Assembly: GCA_030390025.1 (NCBI GenBank)
Contig: CM059432.1
Location: 131,256,001 to 131,320,000 of the forward strand
Reading direction: 5' to 3'
Length of the DNA stretch: 64,000 bases
DNA from: Squalus acanthias
Taxonomy: Eukaryota
Numbering within the stretch: position 1 is the first letter of the stretch; each line of letters starts with the position of its first letter. Both the position numbers and the translations under genes were made by a program. The notes under the pieces are model-generated. The model made no database searches. It was not told where the DNA came from and saw only the letters and a list, made by a program, of their open reading frames with translations. Below, piece by piece: positions 24,649 through 37,899 of the stretch.

Positions 24649-25242
24649 CAAGTGGGGAGCACAGGGTATGTCAGGATATCATTGGCACGCAGCCCATAAT
24701 TTTCCATCCATTAAAATTAAGGGGTGGAAAATCGTGGTCTATTTGACTGTGATTTTCCAAGATGCTTTCCGTACAAGTATGGCTGTCTGCTGGATGTCCT
24801 GGATCATGATAGGCAGTCTTGGTGGCTACTGCTCTATGCCAGGAGCGCAAATTTGTAAAATTGCCCCATGAATTTCAAGAATTATGAAATTGCTCTGTTT
24901 AGGCTGCATGTTCAAACCAATGTTACCCTTAAAATTGAGTTCCTAATCTCGACTGTACCATCAAGAAGAGGTGCCAAATGGCTGGGAGATACTTTCTGAA
25001 AGTGATGGAGTGAAATCAGAAAGTGAGCTTGCTCAATCCTCTCTCATACACTTCCTAGAGCCAGTTGCAGAACAATACTGACAGAGACCAGAGAATAAAG
25101 GTGGGGGGGGGGCGGGGGGGCTACCTGTATTATTGACCAGGAAATGGCACATGTCCTGGCGAACCAAATAGGAAAGAAAAATATACATTAGATGGATAAT
25201 AAATGCTACAAAAATACTAAATGGAAGCAAAATGTGTTTCAG

Positions 25243-25327
25243 ATTATGGTGCTGCTAGCAATTTGTCTGACGTTGAAGATCGAACCATGCCATTATTGAA
25301 GCTAATTAAGAGGAGGTTCACTCACAG
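25243..25327 (+). CDS. Host gene A exon (85 nt, phase 1/2): (D)YGAASNLSDVEDRTMPLLKLIKRRFTH(R)
   Basis: Acceptor tgtgtttcag, donor CAG|GTACGT, open frame, phases match both neighbours. Confidence 0.75.
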
Positions 25328-25645
25328 GTACGTAATATTTAGTAAATAAGGATATAAACACAAAATAAGGAATTTTCCTCTGAATTCGCTTGAACAAATA
25401 AGCTAGTATACTGCATAACCCACATTACATTGGTTGGAAAATATACCAGCGTGGCACCAAGCATATTTAACACACCTTGAAGATAATTTTCATCTTCACT
25501 GCTTGCGCTGTAAACTAGTAGAGTGGATCACCTGTCCGTTATAGACCCCACCCAATTTTCACTTCCACTGATTCCTTTGCTGTTTGTGGGATCTTATTTT
25601 GTGCAAAGTGACTGTTGTGTTCACCTACATAATAACAGTAACTAA

Positions 25646-26335
25646 ACATAGAATATACAGCACAGAAACAGGCCATTTGGCCCAATCAGTCTATGCCAGC
25701 GTTTATGCTGCACTCGAGCCTCCTCCCATCCTTCCTCATCTATCTCTCTCAGCATAACCCTCTATTCCCTTCTCCCTCATATGCTTATCGAACTTCCCCT
25801 TAAATGCATCTATACTATTCGCCTCAACTACTTCCACATTCTCACCACTCACTGGGTATTCTTTACCCCAGAGGGCTATAGATGCTCATTCAATGAGTAT
25901 ATTCAAGTCTGAGATCGATAGATTTTGGGCACTAAGGGGCACGGTGATAGAGTGGGAAAGTGGAGTTGATGTACAAGTTCAGCCATGATCTTATTGAATG
26001 GCGGAGCAGGCTCAAGGGGCTGTATGACCTATTCCTGCTCCTATTCCTTATGTTCTTAAAGTTTCTTCTGAATTCCGTATTTGATTTCTTGGTGGTTACC
26101 TTATACTGAAGACCTCTAATTTTGCTCTTCCCCACAAGTGGAAACTTCTCTCTCTGTCTACTCTATGAAAACCTTACATAATTTTAAAGACTTCTATTGG
26201 GTCACCCCTCAGCCTTCTCTTATCAAGATAAGAGACCCAGCCTGTTCATCCTTTCCTGATAGGTTATAGCCTTGCAGTTTTGTAATCATCCATGATTTTG
26301 CACCCTCTCCACTGCCTCTATATCCTTTTTATAAT
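25646..26335 (-). mobile_element. CR1 3' fragment with a nested + strand HER1-type tail (~25858-26057)
   Basis: Tail cacagaaacaggccatt...; nested ...ctattcctgctcctattccttatgttctt. Confidence 0.8.
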
Positions 26336-27101
26336 ATGTCCTCTCACTTGCAGTGTACCAAGTCCTCTTCCATATATCCAATACATTGTTAACCTGTTCA
26401 CTGAAAACTAGGCCCACCCATGCCCATATATCTGCCATTTTTGTCTTTCATAATCAGCTTGCATCAGGTGGGTTAGGAGAATATCATCTTTTTTCAAGGT
26501 TTATGAAGGTGCCCTGGAAACTGAAACCAAATAAACCTTACTCCATCATTCTAAACTGAAATCTCAAGTTGGTCTTATGCAGGTTGTGATGTACCCTCTT
26601 TTTGAGCCACTTAGCAGTTGTGAGCTGAAATTCTTGTCCTGCAAGACTGCACTAAGCATGTAATGTTAATGTGATCCAAGCAATGATCATCAATTGGACT
26701 TGCCTGATTTGAGCAGTATTTTGAATACAATTGGGATCCTCCCATAAGTTGTTGCCCACTTTCATTTGGATCACCAAATTATGATATCTTCCTTTTATCC
26801 TCCCTCTTACAACTCAGTTGGAGGATCAGTTCCATTGCATGGTTGTCTACAGAGTTCTAATATATTATGTGGGCTGTCCTCAATCCTTCTGCCAATTCTT
26901 TCAATTGTTTATTGTTTTATTACATTGGTTTTACTGTGCTCCAACTCCAAATAGCAGCTTGCTAAGTGGCTTAGAGAAGCCAGTCTTCACTTTTCATAAG
27001 TGTGTCATGAGGCAGATGTCCATTGATATTATGCATTATATAGTGACAGTATATGCAAAGGAGAAACCTGAAGTGTTCCACATCCTTTCACTAAACACTA
27101 T

Positions 27102-27848
27102 GGCCTAGATTTTGCGGTTGTAATGACGGTGAAACTGTCAGCGTTTGCCGTCATTACTCTGTGAAACTGACATCAACTTCTGGCGTCTGCACAGGCACAG
27201 TTAAATGCGGAAATCCAGAAGTTGTTGTCAGTGATTCCCTGCTCCTCCACAGGGTGTGCTGTTGAAGTCCCCACAGACGGCAATCTTTGGAAATCACTTG
27301 AACTGACGTGAACTTCCCCTTTTATGCTGTAATATCGCTGTTAAAACCCCCTGAAAAAGTTAAGCCTTTTCAATGAGGTGTAACTGGGGTTTTAACGGTG
27401 TACTAAGTCATAACTACTGTTGAACAAACTCTCTGGCCCTGAAAAACTAATTTTATATTTGTGGAATGTCAATTTTTTCCATTATGATAAAAATCCCATA
27501 GGTTTTTAATATATTTTTTTTTAAGTTTATGATATTTCAGCTTCTACCTTAATCCCATGTGTATGTCCCAATCTTTATTTCACTTTCTGTAAGAGTATTA
27601 AAAAGTGAAGGATAAAACCTGTTTTTACTTCCTGGCTGTGAGAATTCTTCAATGTGATTGGCTGTTTAGCCTGCTTGATGACATCACCGTGCTGGACGCT
27701 GGAGATCCCCTATAAGTGATACAAGAATGAAATTAACATCGGGAAAAGTGAAATCCACGCCACAGAGATCGCTAGATCTTTGTGGGCAGTTTTCTTCGAG
27801 GTCAGTGGCGAGCGCCGTCACTTCGCCTCTGACCGCAAAATCTGGGCC
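27102..27848. mobile_element. Harbinger MITE family Z copy 1
   Basis: TIRs GGCCTAGATTTTGCGG / CCGCAAAATCTGGGCC; TAT TSD; homologous to 31513-32286. Confidence 0.88.
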
Positions 27849-28211
27849 TATGATTTAGACTAAGTAGCCATAGATGCTACCTTATTTGGCAGGCCAGTCC
27901 TGTCTCTATTCCTTTGTCCTCTTTGGCTTAAGATACCACTTGGTCAGTTTTCAGTGCTTTTGAAGAATGCCAAATGAAACTGAAATAAACCTATGTATCT
28001 TGTAAGCTCTTCTTTGTGCCTGGAAGCAGGGATCCTCCATACACTGCACTTCCACTCAACCATCTTCTCTCGTTTGGCAGGAAGGGTAATTAATTAATAT
28101 CTCTTCTTTTCCAAATATGTTTTGAGCATAAATGAACTGATGCACAGGGGCCCTTTTACATTGCCAGGAGCAGCATAGTGCCATGTATCAAAATACATCT
28201 TAAAAGATCAT

Positions 28212-29092
28212 GGGGGAGAAATTCAGTATCGCCCCATTTGGGGCGCAATTATCGGCCGGGCGCAAAGATTAGCGCCTGGCACTAATTATCGCCACCGACT
28301 GCAAACTTGACTTTTATCGCCCCTGGAGGTGATTGGAGCGCTAAATCAAGCGCTTCACACCTGTCTTAAGGCGCAAAGGCCGAGGAGCGAGGCGCTACCT
28401 CAGAGCGCTGGCGAAGCTCATGTAATGTCAGTCAGCAATGGAACACATACACAATGGCACGGGCCAGTTCTTAAAGGGGATGGTTAATCTCACTTTCCAT
28501 CCACATCCTGCTAATTGCAGCCTTGAATCTCGGCCTGGAGAGACCTGCACATCAAATCTGCTGGAAAGAACAATGGAGAGTACCAGGCAAAGAGCTCAGA
28601 GTGCAGCCCCCACAGTCTCTTCTAAATCGATACAAGGAATGGCAAATCAAAATGAACCTGCAAAGTGCTGCTCAGTACCCAAAACTCCTTCACACAACGT
28701 TGAAACTCTCCAGAAGTCTCTCCCTCTCTCTCTCAGAATGCGTAGTTCAAAAATGGCACCAACAATAAAAGGCAGGAAGCGGTCACCTTTAAATAGCGCT
28801 CCCCCTTTCCCTTCATGACTGCAGAACGCTCCACTCAAACTGTCGTTGCTAGCGTCAGGCGGTAAGGCAGGGGGCCCACTCAATATCCGCTCCGGGGCGT
28901 TGCGCACTCGACTGACGTCACGATCTGCCGGTGCAGGAGATCGTGGCGGTAGTGTTTAGCGCCGCCGCAAAATGTCTAGTTAATTTCGCGAGCGGCGCAA
29001 ACTTCGCCGTGCCTGGGCGCTAGATGCTTTGCGCCCCATTAGCGCCCTCTTAAGGCGCTAACGGGAGGCGCAACCAACTGAATTTTTCCCCC
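28212..29092. mobile_element. Harbinger MITE family Y copy 2 (inverted relative to copy 1)
   Basis: TIRs GGGGGAGAAATTCAG / CTGAATTTTTCCCCC; CAT TSD; ORF track shows near-identical peptides at 22030-22563(-) and 28438-28818(+). Confidence 0.9.
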
Positions 29093-29605
29093 CATGTCTT
29101 ATGTGACTTGAATTCTAGAGAACATAATCTTGTGCTCATTCACTCCTGTGTCTGTGGAGGATGCCTTCTTGCAAGAATGAAGAAGACCCTACACAATGCG
29201 ATGCAATTTCATATTGCATTGACACAAAACTTTAGTACAGCTGAGGAGTGATGTTGTTGAATGGGTGGCACATCGCATTTTGGCAAGCAGTGTGAGAGTA
29301 CTTCAAGGAGTCTCTCACCTTGTTGGTAGTCAAACTTTTAAAATTTTATTTTTAAATATTTAACTGACATTTGTATTTCAAGTAAGGTCCACTTGCCTGA
29401 CCAGAGTGTGATACAGAGCCAGCAATGCAACTTAGAGCTGCTGGGTCTTCATTGATCTCAGCAGGTACCAGTCTCAAACCTTTCTGTCTAAAAGCAACTC
29501 AATAGACTGCAACTTAGGTAACATTGAGTCACAAAAGTGTGGATTTAGTACAACTGCTAATTTTCATTAACTTTCTTATCTACACATATGTCCATTTATC
29601 TTCAG

Positions 29606-29651
29606 GTCCATCGAAGATAATGAAGAAGGTGTGGAACATAATAAAGTATGA
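29606..29651 (+). CDS. Host gene A probable last coding exon: (R)SIEDNEEGVEHNKV*; alternatively spliced at AAA|GTATGA (29645/29646) to 29753-29797 (VGVKPTCEKMQFPT*)
   Basis: Acceptor catttatcttcag in phase 2. The TGA overlaps a plausible donor, and a second acceptor (ttttccatgtgtag) ends at 29752. Confidence 0.6.
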
Positions 29652-30866
29652 TACAAAGGAAAGGAACAAAAATCAGTTTGAAAAATTTTCTTAATATTAT
29701 CACTTCTGTACTATTAAAGGTGTAGTTCCCCATAATATTTTTCCATGTGTAGGTGGGAGTTAAGCCTACCTGTGAGAAAATGCAGTTTCCCACATGATCC
29801 ATTTTAAAGATATGCAATGTTTTCCAGAAGAAGTTATAATATTTGGGCACCTATGGCTTTGACCTCCATTCATCACACTTGGTTCTTGAATTTGCAAAGC
29901 CAGGGAACTGGGACAAGTAGCAAGAGGGGAACATTTGAGTACATAAATGGTGTGCTTCCCAATATCAGTACTGATGTAGAGTACATGTATTATTTTATCT
30001 TAAAAACAGATCATGTGGGGAACCAAATATTTTAATGTGTATATAAAGTTATTTATGGAATTATACAATATTAAAGGGTTCCCCATTGTATTTTTTGTTG
30101 CATGTAAATACTATAGTAAAGTATATTTGTGAAAGCTGATATGTTTATCAATTAATCATATTGCATTGTTGGCGATGACAATGTAAACATTTGAATGACT
30201 GTTAATACTTGATTTTCATTTTTGTACCATTAATTGCTTGAGGTGTTTGTGGAGCTGCTGCTTTTGAAGGTGGCATGATTATTGGAAGCTTGAACATTGC
30301 TAGTGCTTTGGAAAGCTGCATCATAACTGCAGTGCCAGTTTGTGACTGGGTGGATATCTTTACAATGCAGCTATGTCTGAGCCACCTCTCAAGTTGCACC
30401 AATGGCAGCCCTCTAATCTTGCTTTTATCTTTCTATTGATATCATGAGCAATATCCAAGTACAAACTAAAGATTCACAACACACTGAGACAAGCAAAACT
30501 ATACCTACCACATCTGCTGCTTCCTCTTCTTGCTTTATCATGGAATCTATAAGTATCAGTATCAAATTTATTTTTGAATTGTGGCATCTCCTCAAATCTT
30601 CAATTCTAACTAATACCATTTCATCATCTTTTGTTTTTCAGTGAAAGCAAGTTTTATCTTATTTTTGATTCTTTCCCCTTCCACTTTCCCTTATACTTTC
30701 TATTCCACTTTTATGACCCAAAAAAGGCATATGTGCTTGGACTCATTCTTGCATCCCAAAGCTTCCCCATAGCTCCCTTGAATTACCTGACTTCAGTCAC
30801 CTGCTCACTAAAAATATGTCCCTCACCTCAACAGAAAACAAAATTGCTGTCTCTTTTACTCTCTTA

Positions 30867-31501
30867 GGGGGGAAAATTCGGCTGCGCCCCCTTTGGGGCG
30901 CTAACTTCGCCGAGGTGCTACTTTAAGCGCCCCTGCGCCGTAATATTGAGTGGTAGCGCCACAAGCAGGAGGCGGGGTGCTTCTGGAAGCACTCCCCCTC
31001 CTTCCTGGGGTGCTACCATTCAATATCGCGGAGATTAAAGGGGAGGGGCCTAGCACAGCATGCACCAGGGCCCTGCTGGATCACCGGGGAGCGGGGGGCC
31101 GGGAAAACAGCCCGGCACTCAAGAGGAGTGCCGGGTTGACCGATCGTGGCCGGCATCCCGCATGAAAAAGCGGGAGGGGGCAGGTGCTGGCAGGCAGCCC
31201 AAAAAAAAGGCCCGGCACCTGCCCTTTAATTAGCGCTGCCGCGGCCGCAAAAACACCACCCTGACCCTGTCAGACATATTATCCGGCAGTAGGTCAGGGG
31301 GCGTGACCGACGTTTGCGGCTGGGGTGCTGCGCATGGTGATAACATGATCGCCAGAGGCGCAGCACCGCGGGGCGCTACCGGCTACCGCCGCCGCTAACT
31401 TCACACTGAATTTCACGGGAGGCATTAGCGGTGCCGTGCCCGGATGCTAGGTGCTTTGTGCCCCATTAGCGGGAGGCGCAAAGCAACCCAATTTTTCCCC
31501 C
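30867..31501. mobile_element. GC-rich Harbinger MITE related to family Y
   Basis: TIRs GGGGGGAAAATT / AATTTTTCCCCC; TTA TSD. Confidence 0.85.
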
Positions 31502-31512
31502 TTAATCTTAAA

Positions 31513-32286
31513 GGCCCAGATTTTGCGGTAATAATAACGGTGAGGCTATCAGCGCTCACCATTATTACAGGGTAAAATGGACAGCAACTTCCGGTGTCCA
31601 CACATGTGCAGTTAAATGCGGAAATCCGGAAGTTGCTGTCAGAGATACCCACTCCTCCACAGGGTGCGCTGTTGCAATCCTCGCTGATCAACTTGGCATT
31701 GAAATGACGGCAACGGCATGAAATTGCTGTACTTAGTTCCACATTAAAAACGGCTGAAAAAGTTGGGGCTGGTGTATTCAGGAGTAAGTGAGTTTTTAAC
31801 AGGGTGATAAGTGATAATTACTGCTGAATAACCTCTCTGGCCCTGAAAAATTTATTTCACAAGTGTGGAGTCTCATTCCCTCAGAAGAAAATTAGTGTTG
31901 GAGATTTTTTTTAAATTAAAATTATTTTTAAAAAACTTTTTCTGTCTGTCTCTTTTATCTCTCTCCCTTAATCCCATCTGTATTTCCCAATCTTTATTTT
32001 GCTTTCTGTACCTCATTTAAATCTAATTTATATTTCCTGCTTTATACTTCCTGGTTTGGACTCTGCATGTCTTAGTGAGGAATCTTCAATCTGATTGGAT
32101 GAAGAGCCACGCTGTTTCTTGCCCTATTCACAGACGCCACAGATACCATGTAGAGGGCGCCGTGCTGGAAAAGACACCTGATTATAGGAAATCTACGCTG
32201 AGATGTCCACAGAAACTCTGTGGGCAACTGTCAGCGAGGTGAACGGCAAGCGCCGTTCATTCACCGCTGACAACAAAATCCAGGCC
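31513..32286. mobile_element. Harbinger MITE family Z copy 2
   Basis: TIRs GGCCCAGATTTTG / CAAAATCCAGGCC; AAA TSD; only 11 bp from the previous MITE. Confidence 0.85.
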
Positions 32287-32564
32287 AAAACTTCTAGAAG
32301 TTTTCAAGTTTTTGTTCAAAACAATTGAATCCATCAACTATAAATGTTGCTAATGCAACCACCAGAACAAATAACTGTGTCTCTTCTTCTACTGATCAGG
32401 CCAGCCCTAAAGTAAAGTCCTTTGCTATTCTAAATGACGTTGAACAGCTCGTCAGTCAACAATCTCTGATTGGCCAACTAAGCCAACTTATATCCTCAAC
32501 CTATTCACCTCTTATTCGAATTCTTACAATGTTGACTATTTCCTCACCTCTGTGCTTTTTTGAC

Positions 32565-35322
32565 TGATACACCGCTACGAAACACAAGAATGAAACCGGA
32601 CGGACCACCCGGCATCGACCTCGGCACCGGCTATGGACACGGCAACGGCACACCCAGTCCAATCGATCCTGCAAAGTCCTCCTCACCAACATCTGGGGAC
32701 TTGTGCCAAAATTGAGAGAGCTGTCCCACAGACTAGTCAAGCAACAGCCTGACATAGTCATACTCACAGAATCATACCTTTCAGCCAATGTCCCAAACTC
32801 CTCCATCACCATCCCTGGGTATGTCCTGTCCCACCGGCAGGACAGACACACCAGGGGTGGTGGCACAGTGGTATACAGTCGGGGAGGAGTGGCCCTGGGA
32901 GTCCTCAACATTGACTCCAGACCCTATGAAGTCTCATGGCTCCAGGTCAAGCATAGGCAAGGAAACCTCCTGCTGATTACCACCTACCGCCCTCCCTCAG
33001 CTGATGAATCAGTACTCCTCCATGTTGAACACCACTTGGAAGAAGCACTGAGAGTAGCAAGGGCACAGAACGTACTCTGGGTGGGGGACTTCAATGCCCA
33101 TCACCAAGAGTGGCTCGGTAGCACCACTACTGACCGAGCTGGCCGAGTCCTGAAGGACATAACTGCCAGTCTGGGCCTGCGACAGGTGATGAGAGAACCA
33201 ACACGAGGGAAAAACCTATTTGACCTCGTCCTCACCAACCTACCTGTCGCAGATGCAGCTGTCCATGACAGTATTGGTAGCAGTGACCACCGCACAGTCA
33301 TTGTGGAGACGAAGTCCCGTCTTCACACTGATGACATCCTCCATCGTGTTGTGTGGCACTACCACCGTGCTAAATGGGATAGATTCAGAACAGATCTAGC
33401 AGCTCAAAACTGGGCATCCATGAGGCGCTGTGGGCCATCAGCAGCAGCAGAATTGTATTCCACCACAATATGTAACCTCATGGCCTGCCATATCCCTCAC
33501 TCTACCATTACCATCAAGCCAGGGGACCAACCATGGAGCAGCATCAAGCGTACCTAAAAATGAGGTGCCAACCTGGGGAAGCTGCAACACAGGACTACAT
33601 GCATGCTAAAAAGCGGAAGTAGCATGCTATAGACAGGGCTAAGCGATCCCACAATCAATGGATCAGATCAAAGCTCTGCAGTCCTGCCACATCCAGTCGT
33701 GAATAGTGGTGAACCATTAAACAACTAACGGGAGGAGGAGGCTCCATGAATATCCCCATCCTCAATGATGGTGGAGCCCAGCACGTGAGTGCAATAGACA
33801 ACGGCTGAAGTGTTTGCAACCATCTTCAGCCAGAAGTGCCGAGTGGATGATCCATATCGGCCTACTCCTGAGGTCTGGCATCTATCCGACAATGTGGAAA
33901 ACTGCCCAGGTATGTCCTGTAGCCACAAAAAGCAGGACGAATCCCACCCGGCCAATTACCGCCCCATCAGTCTACTCTCAATCATCAGCAATGTGATGGA
34001 AGGTGTCATCGACAGTGCTATCAAGCGGCACTTACTCACCAATAATATGCTCACTGATGCCCAGTTTGGGTTCCGTCAAGACCACTCGGCTCCCGACCTC
34101 ATTACAGCCTTGATCCAAACATGGACAAAGGAGCTGAATTCTAGAGGTGAGGTGAGAGTGACTGCCCTTGACATCAAGGCAGCATTTGACAGAGTGTGGC
34201 ATCAAGGAGCCCTAGTAAAACTGAAGTCAATGGGAATCGGGGGGAAAATGCTCCACTGGCTGGAGTCATACCTAGCACAAAGGAAGATGGTTGTGGTGGC
34301 TGAAGGTCAATCATCACAGCTCCAGGACATCACTGCAGGAGTTCCTCAGGGCAGTGTCCTATGCCCAACCATCTTCAGCTGCTTCATCAATGACCTTCCC
34401 TCCAACATAAGGTCAGAAATGAGGATGTTCGCTGATGACTGCACAGTGTTCAGCGCCATTCACAACTCCTCAGATAATGAAGCAGTCCATGCCCGCATGC
34501 AACAAGACCTGGACAACATGCAGGCTTGGGCGGATAAGTGGCAGGTAACATTCGCGCCACACAAGTGCCAGGCAATGACTATCTCCAACAAGCGAGAGTC
34601 CAACCACCTCCCCTTGACATTCAACGGCATTACCATCACCAAATCCTTCACTATCAACATCCTGGGGGTCACCATTGACCAGAAACTTAACTGGACCAGC
34701 CACATAAATACTGTGGCAACAAGAGCAGGTCAGAGGCTAGGTATTCTGTGGTGAGTGTCTCACCTCCTGACTCCCCAAAGCCTTTCCACCATCTACAAGG
34801 CACAAGTAAGGAGTGTGATGGCATACTCTCCACTTGCCTGGATGAGTGCAGCTCCAACAACACTCAAGAAGCTCAACATTATCCAGGACAAAGCAGCCTG
34901 TTTGATTGGTAACCCATCCACCACCTTAAACATTCACTCCCTCCATCACCGGCGTACCGTGGCTGCAGTGTGTACCATCTACAAGATGCACTGCAGCAAC
35001 TCACCAAGGCTTCTTCGACAGTACCTCCCAAACCCGCAACCTCTTCCAACTAGAAGGACAAGAGCAGCAGGCACATGGGAACACCACCACCTCCAAGTTC
35101 CCCTCCAAGTCACACACCATCCTGACTTAGAAGTCCTTCATCATCGCTGGGTCAAAATTTTTGAACTCCCTACCTAAAAGCACTGTGGGAGTACCTTCAC
35201 CACAAGGACTGCAGCGGTTCAAGAAGGCGGCTCACCACCACCTTCTCAAGGGCAATTAGGGATGGGCAATAAATGCTGACTTTGCCAGCGATCCCCACAT
35301 CCCATAAACGAATTTAAAAAAA
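32565..35322 (+). mobile_element. CR1/L2-group LINE ORF2 (APE endonuclease plus RT), decayed, with 3' UTR
   Basis: APE motifs PDIVILTES, VGDFNAH, SDH; RT motifs NYRPISLL, LDIKAAFD, PQGS, FADD; stops, frameshifts and an internal deletion near 33870; A-rich 3' end. Confidence 0.93.
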
Positions 35323-36909
35323 TCTCTCTCTTATAGAGTACCCTGAAATTAATCACACTCTAGAGGGTAGATCAGGCAGCCAGCCGGTCCCTCATGTAGG
35401 AGGCACAGTCCATTTCAAAGGCCGGGCCTCATTAATATACATCTGCGGAGCTGCAGGTCCCTGCAGTTCACAAGCTCCGGTGGCATTAATATTGGGCGGC
35501 CTAGAGGCCAAACCGCCTGGCAGAAAGGTAGGTCTGGTGGTATGGGGAGGGAGGGGGTGGGGATTGAGTGTGATTACTATGGTGGGGGGGAGCCTGGTTG
35601 ACAGCGGCCACACTTTTATTCCTCCTGGACCCACAAAAATAATGTTATCACTTTTTCGGGACTATTTCTCTTGCACACCGCCAATATTTACTGAAGAGAG
35701 CGTCCACAGTGCATGCTCTGCCCAGTAGGCCGTTAAAATTTCATGTATGTCATAGTACCCCAATTTGCATGGATTAATGAGACTTCCATCTGATTCAGGT
35801 GGTTGCCTGTGCCATCCAGTGAAAGGCCCTGGGAAAAATGGCAGCAAAGCAGGAATAGGGTGGTAAGTCACACACCTCAATTTTATCTCTGCTACTACCC
35901 CGTTTCTGTCAGGCAGAGGAAGTTAAAATCTTCCATTACAGATTAGTCCTATCTTGTTTGGCACTTATAAATCAGCTCATTGGGCTTGGAAAGTTCTTTG
36001 CTGCTTTCTCCTGGTCTAACTGCTCCTTTTACTGCTCTAACCCTTTTGTTGTCGCAGTGATGTATTCCAGTTGACGTGAAAAGCTTCACAAATCCCTCTT
36101 ACCCTTCTTTAAAATATTGTGCTGTATTTTGATTCAATCGTGCCTGCTAATTTGCTGCCTTTTGTAAAAATTCTGCCCATCACAATTGGCATTTTGAGTC
36201 TGAAGAATGCACAGCTAACTTGATCTTTGCTTGCATCCTCATGTCCACCATCTGAGCTTCTAGATCCTTTCTGTTCTGCCATTACCACCAAGAAATTGTA
36301 AGCCCATCATATCTTCTGGTCCCCACATTCCAGCAAGACCTCTTTTATTTGTTCGCAGGATGATGTTGGCAAGGCTGCATTTATTGAGACTGTGATGGTG
36401 GTGGGCCAATTATTAAACTGTGGCAGTCTTTATGCTGATGTTGCTCCCATGATGGTGTTAGGTAGGAAATTTCAGGATATTAACCCAATGAAGTTCCCAG
36501 ATGATCACATTAGGCACCTCAAGGTTACGGTACTGTTGTTCAATGGACCATGTCAACCGGCATTAAAATGGTGACAGGCTCTCCTTTGAAAGGAATAGCA
36601 TCATTCAACTGATGGACTATCTGTTGCCAGTTGACAAATTAACTATATTTTCTGATTAATTTCGTACTATTAATCTCATACTACAATGTAGCTTCAGGTA
36701 CAAAGTATGCCTGTACTTACATATAACCCCATAGGATTGTAATTATATGACCCTGAATGCAATGCAGATTGAACCAAACATGACTAAAGACCAATATATA
36801 CTGCTTTACTCTGCATGTTCATTCAGTTAAAACATCAACAACAAATGGAGCCTTGTCTGATGGATCAGCAAACTGAGTAGCTGATCTGGGGAGGCAGAGG
36901 GGAGATATA

Positions 36910-37370
36910 GGGCTGGATTTTGAATGACCCGTGGTGTCGGGTTTGGAGGCGTGTGGGGGGTTAAATTTGCGGGGTCGGGGGTCCCGACCCCATCCCGACT
37001 CCATGCAATTTTGACAAAATCGGTCGTGGGGTTCACGACTCCAAGAGGCGGGAGAGGCCATTAAAGCCCTTAACAAGCCCTAAATTGGCTCTGTAATGCC
37101 ATTTTGAAACTTTTTAGCTAGTTTAACCCTTTTCCGACGTGAAGTACGCCTGATGTGAAACACTCCAGTGAAACCTGGCGGGAGCACAAGTGGATAGCTG
37201 ACTATCAGCTGCAGGTCCACTATTACAACGGAGATGTGATGAAGGTAGTAGTAGTATTAGGTCTGAAAGTCGCCTCTGATGCTGCTGCATTGAATGTCTT
37301 CAGAGACTGCATGGCCTTTGTTGCGAGAGGACTTGAATTCATTCTCTGTCTCTCTCTCTCTCTCTCTCTG

Positions 37371-37404
<34 letters not shown>

Positions 37405-37669
37405 CTCATCCAGGTCCACTCACAGCAAAAGCCAAACAGGTCCACTCACAGCAAAGGCCACTGAGACCAGGCAGCCTGCAATGATGACATCATCAGAGGC
37501 GACTTTCCCACTGAAACCACTAATTGGTTCATGGGTTCCCACATGCTGGAACTCAATTGCCCAATTAAATGAAAATTGCATCATTCATCCACATTATTCT
37601 GGAGTCGGGGGGACAACACAAAATGCAGGTAACACGACCCCAACCCGACCCCAAGACAAAATCCAGCCC
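36910..37669. mobile_element. Harbinger MITE with an internal CT microsatellite (37342-37403)
   Basis: TIRs GGGCTGGATTTTG / CAAAATCCAGCCC; ATA TSD. Confidence 0.88.
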
Positions 37670-37899
37670 ATAGGGTCTACAATTGGCTCAGTATCTCTGG
37701 GTTAGGGAATAGAAAGATCAAGTGAGTGCCCATGAAAGGTTCCCATTCCAGTGACCCATTTTGGAATTATGGAAAAATGGCGTAGGAACTTTTTGTTTTA
37801 GGAAATTCGGATAGAAAACATTTCCACTGCTTGTGCACCTTTAAAATGCTTCCCCCACTTTTTGACCTTTCTCACAATCTCCCTGCCCAATTTGATAAT

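Noticed and set aside
30867..31501. CpG-island promoter of a host gene
   Set aside because: CpG richness stops exactly at the TIR/TSD boundaries, so it is a MITE.
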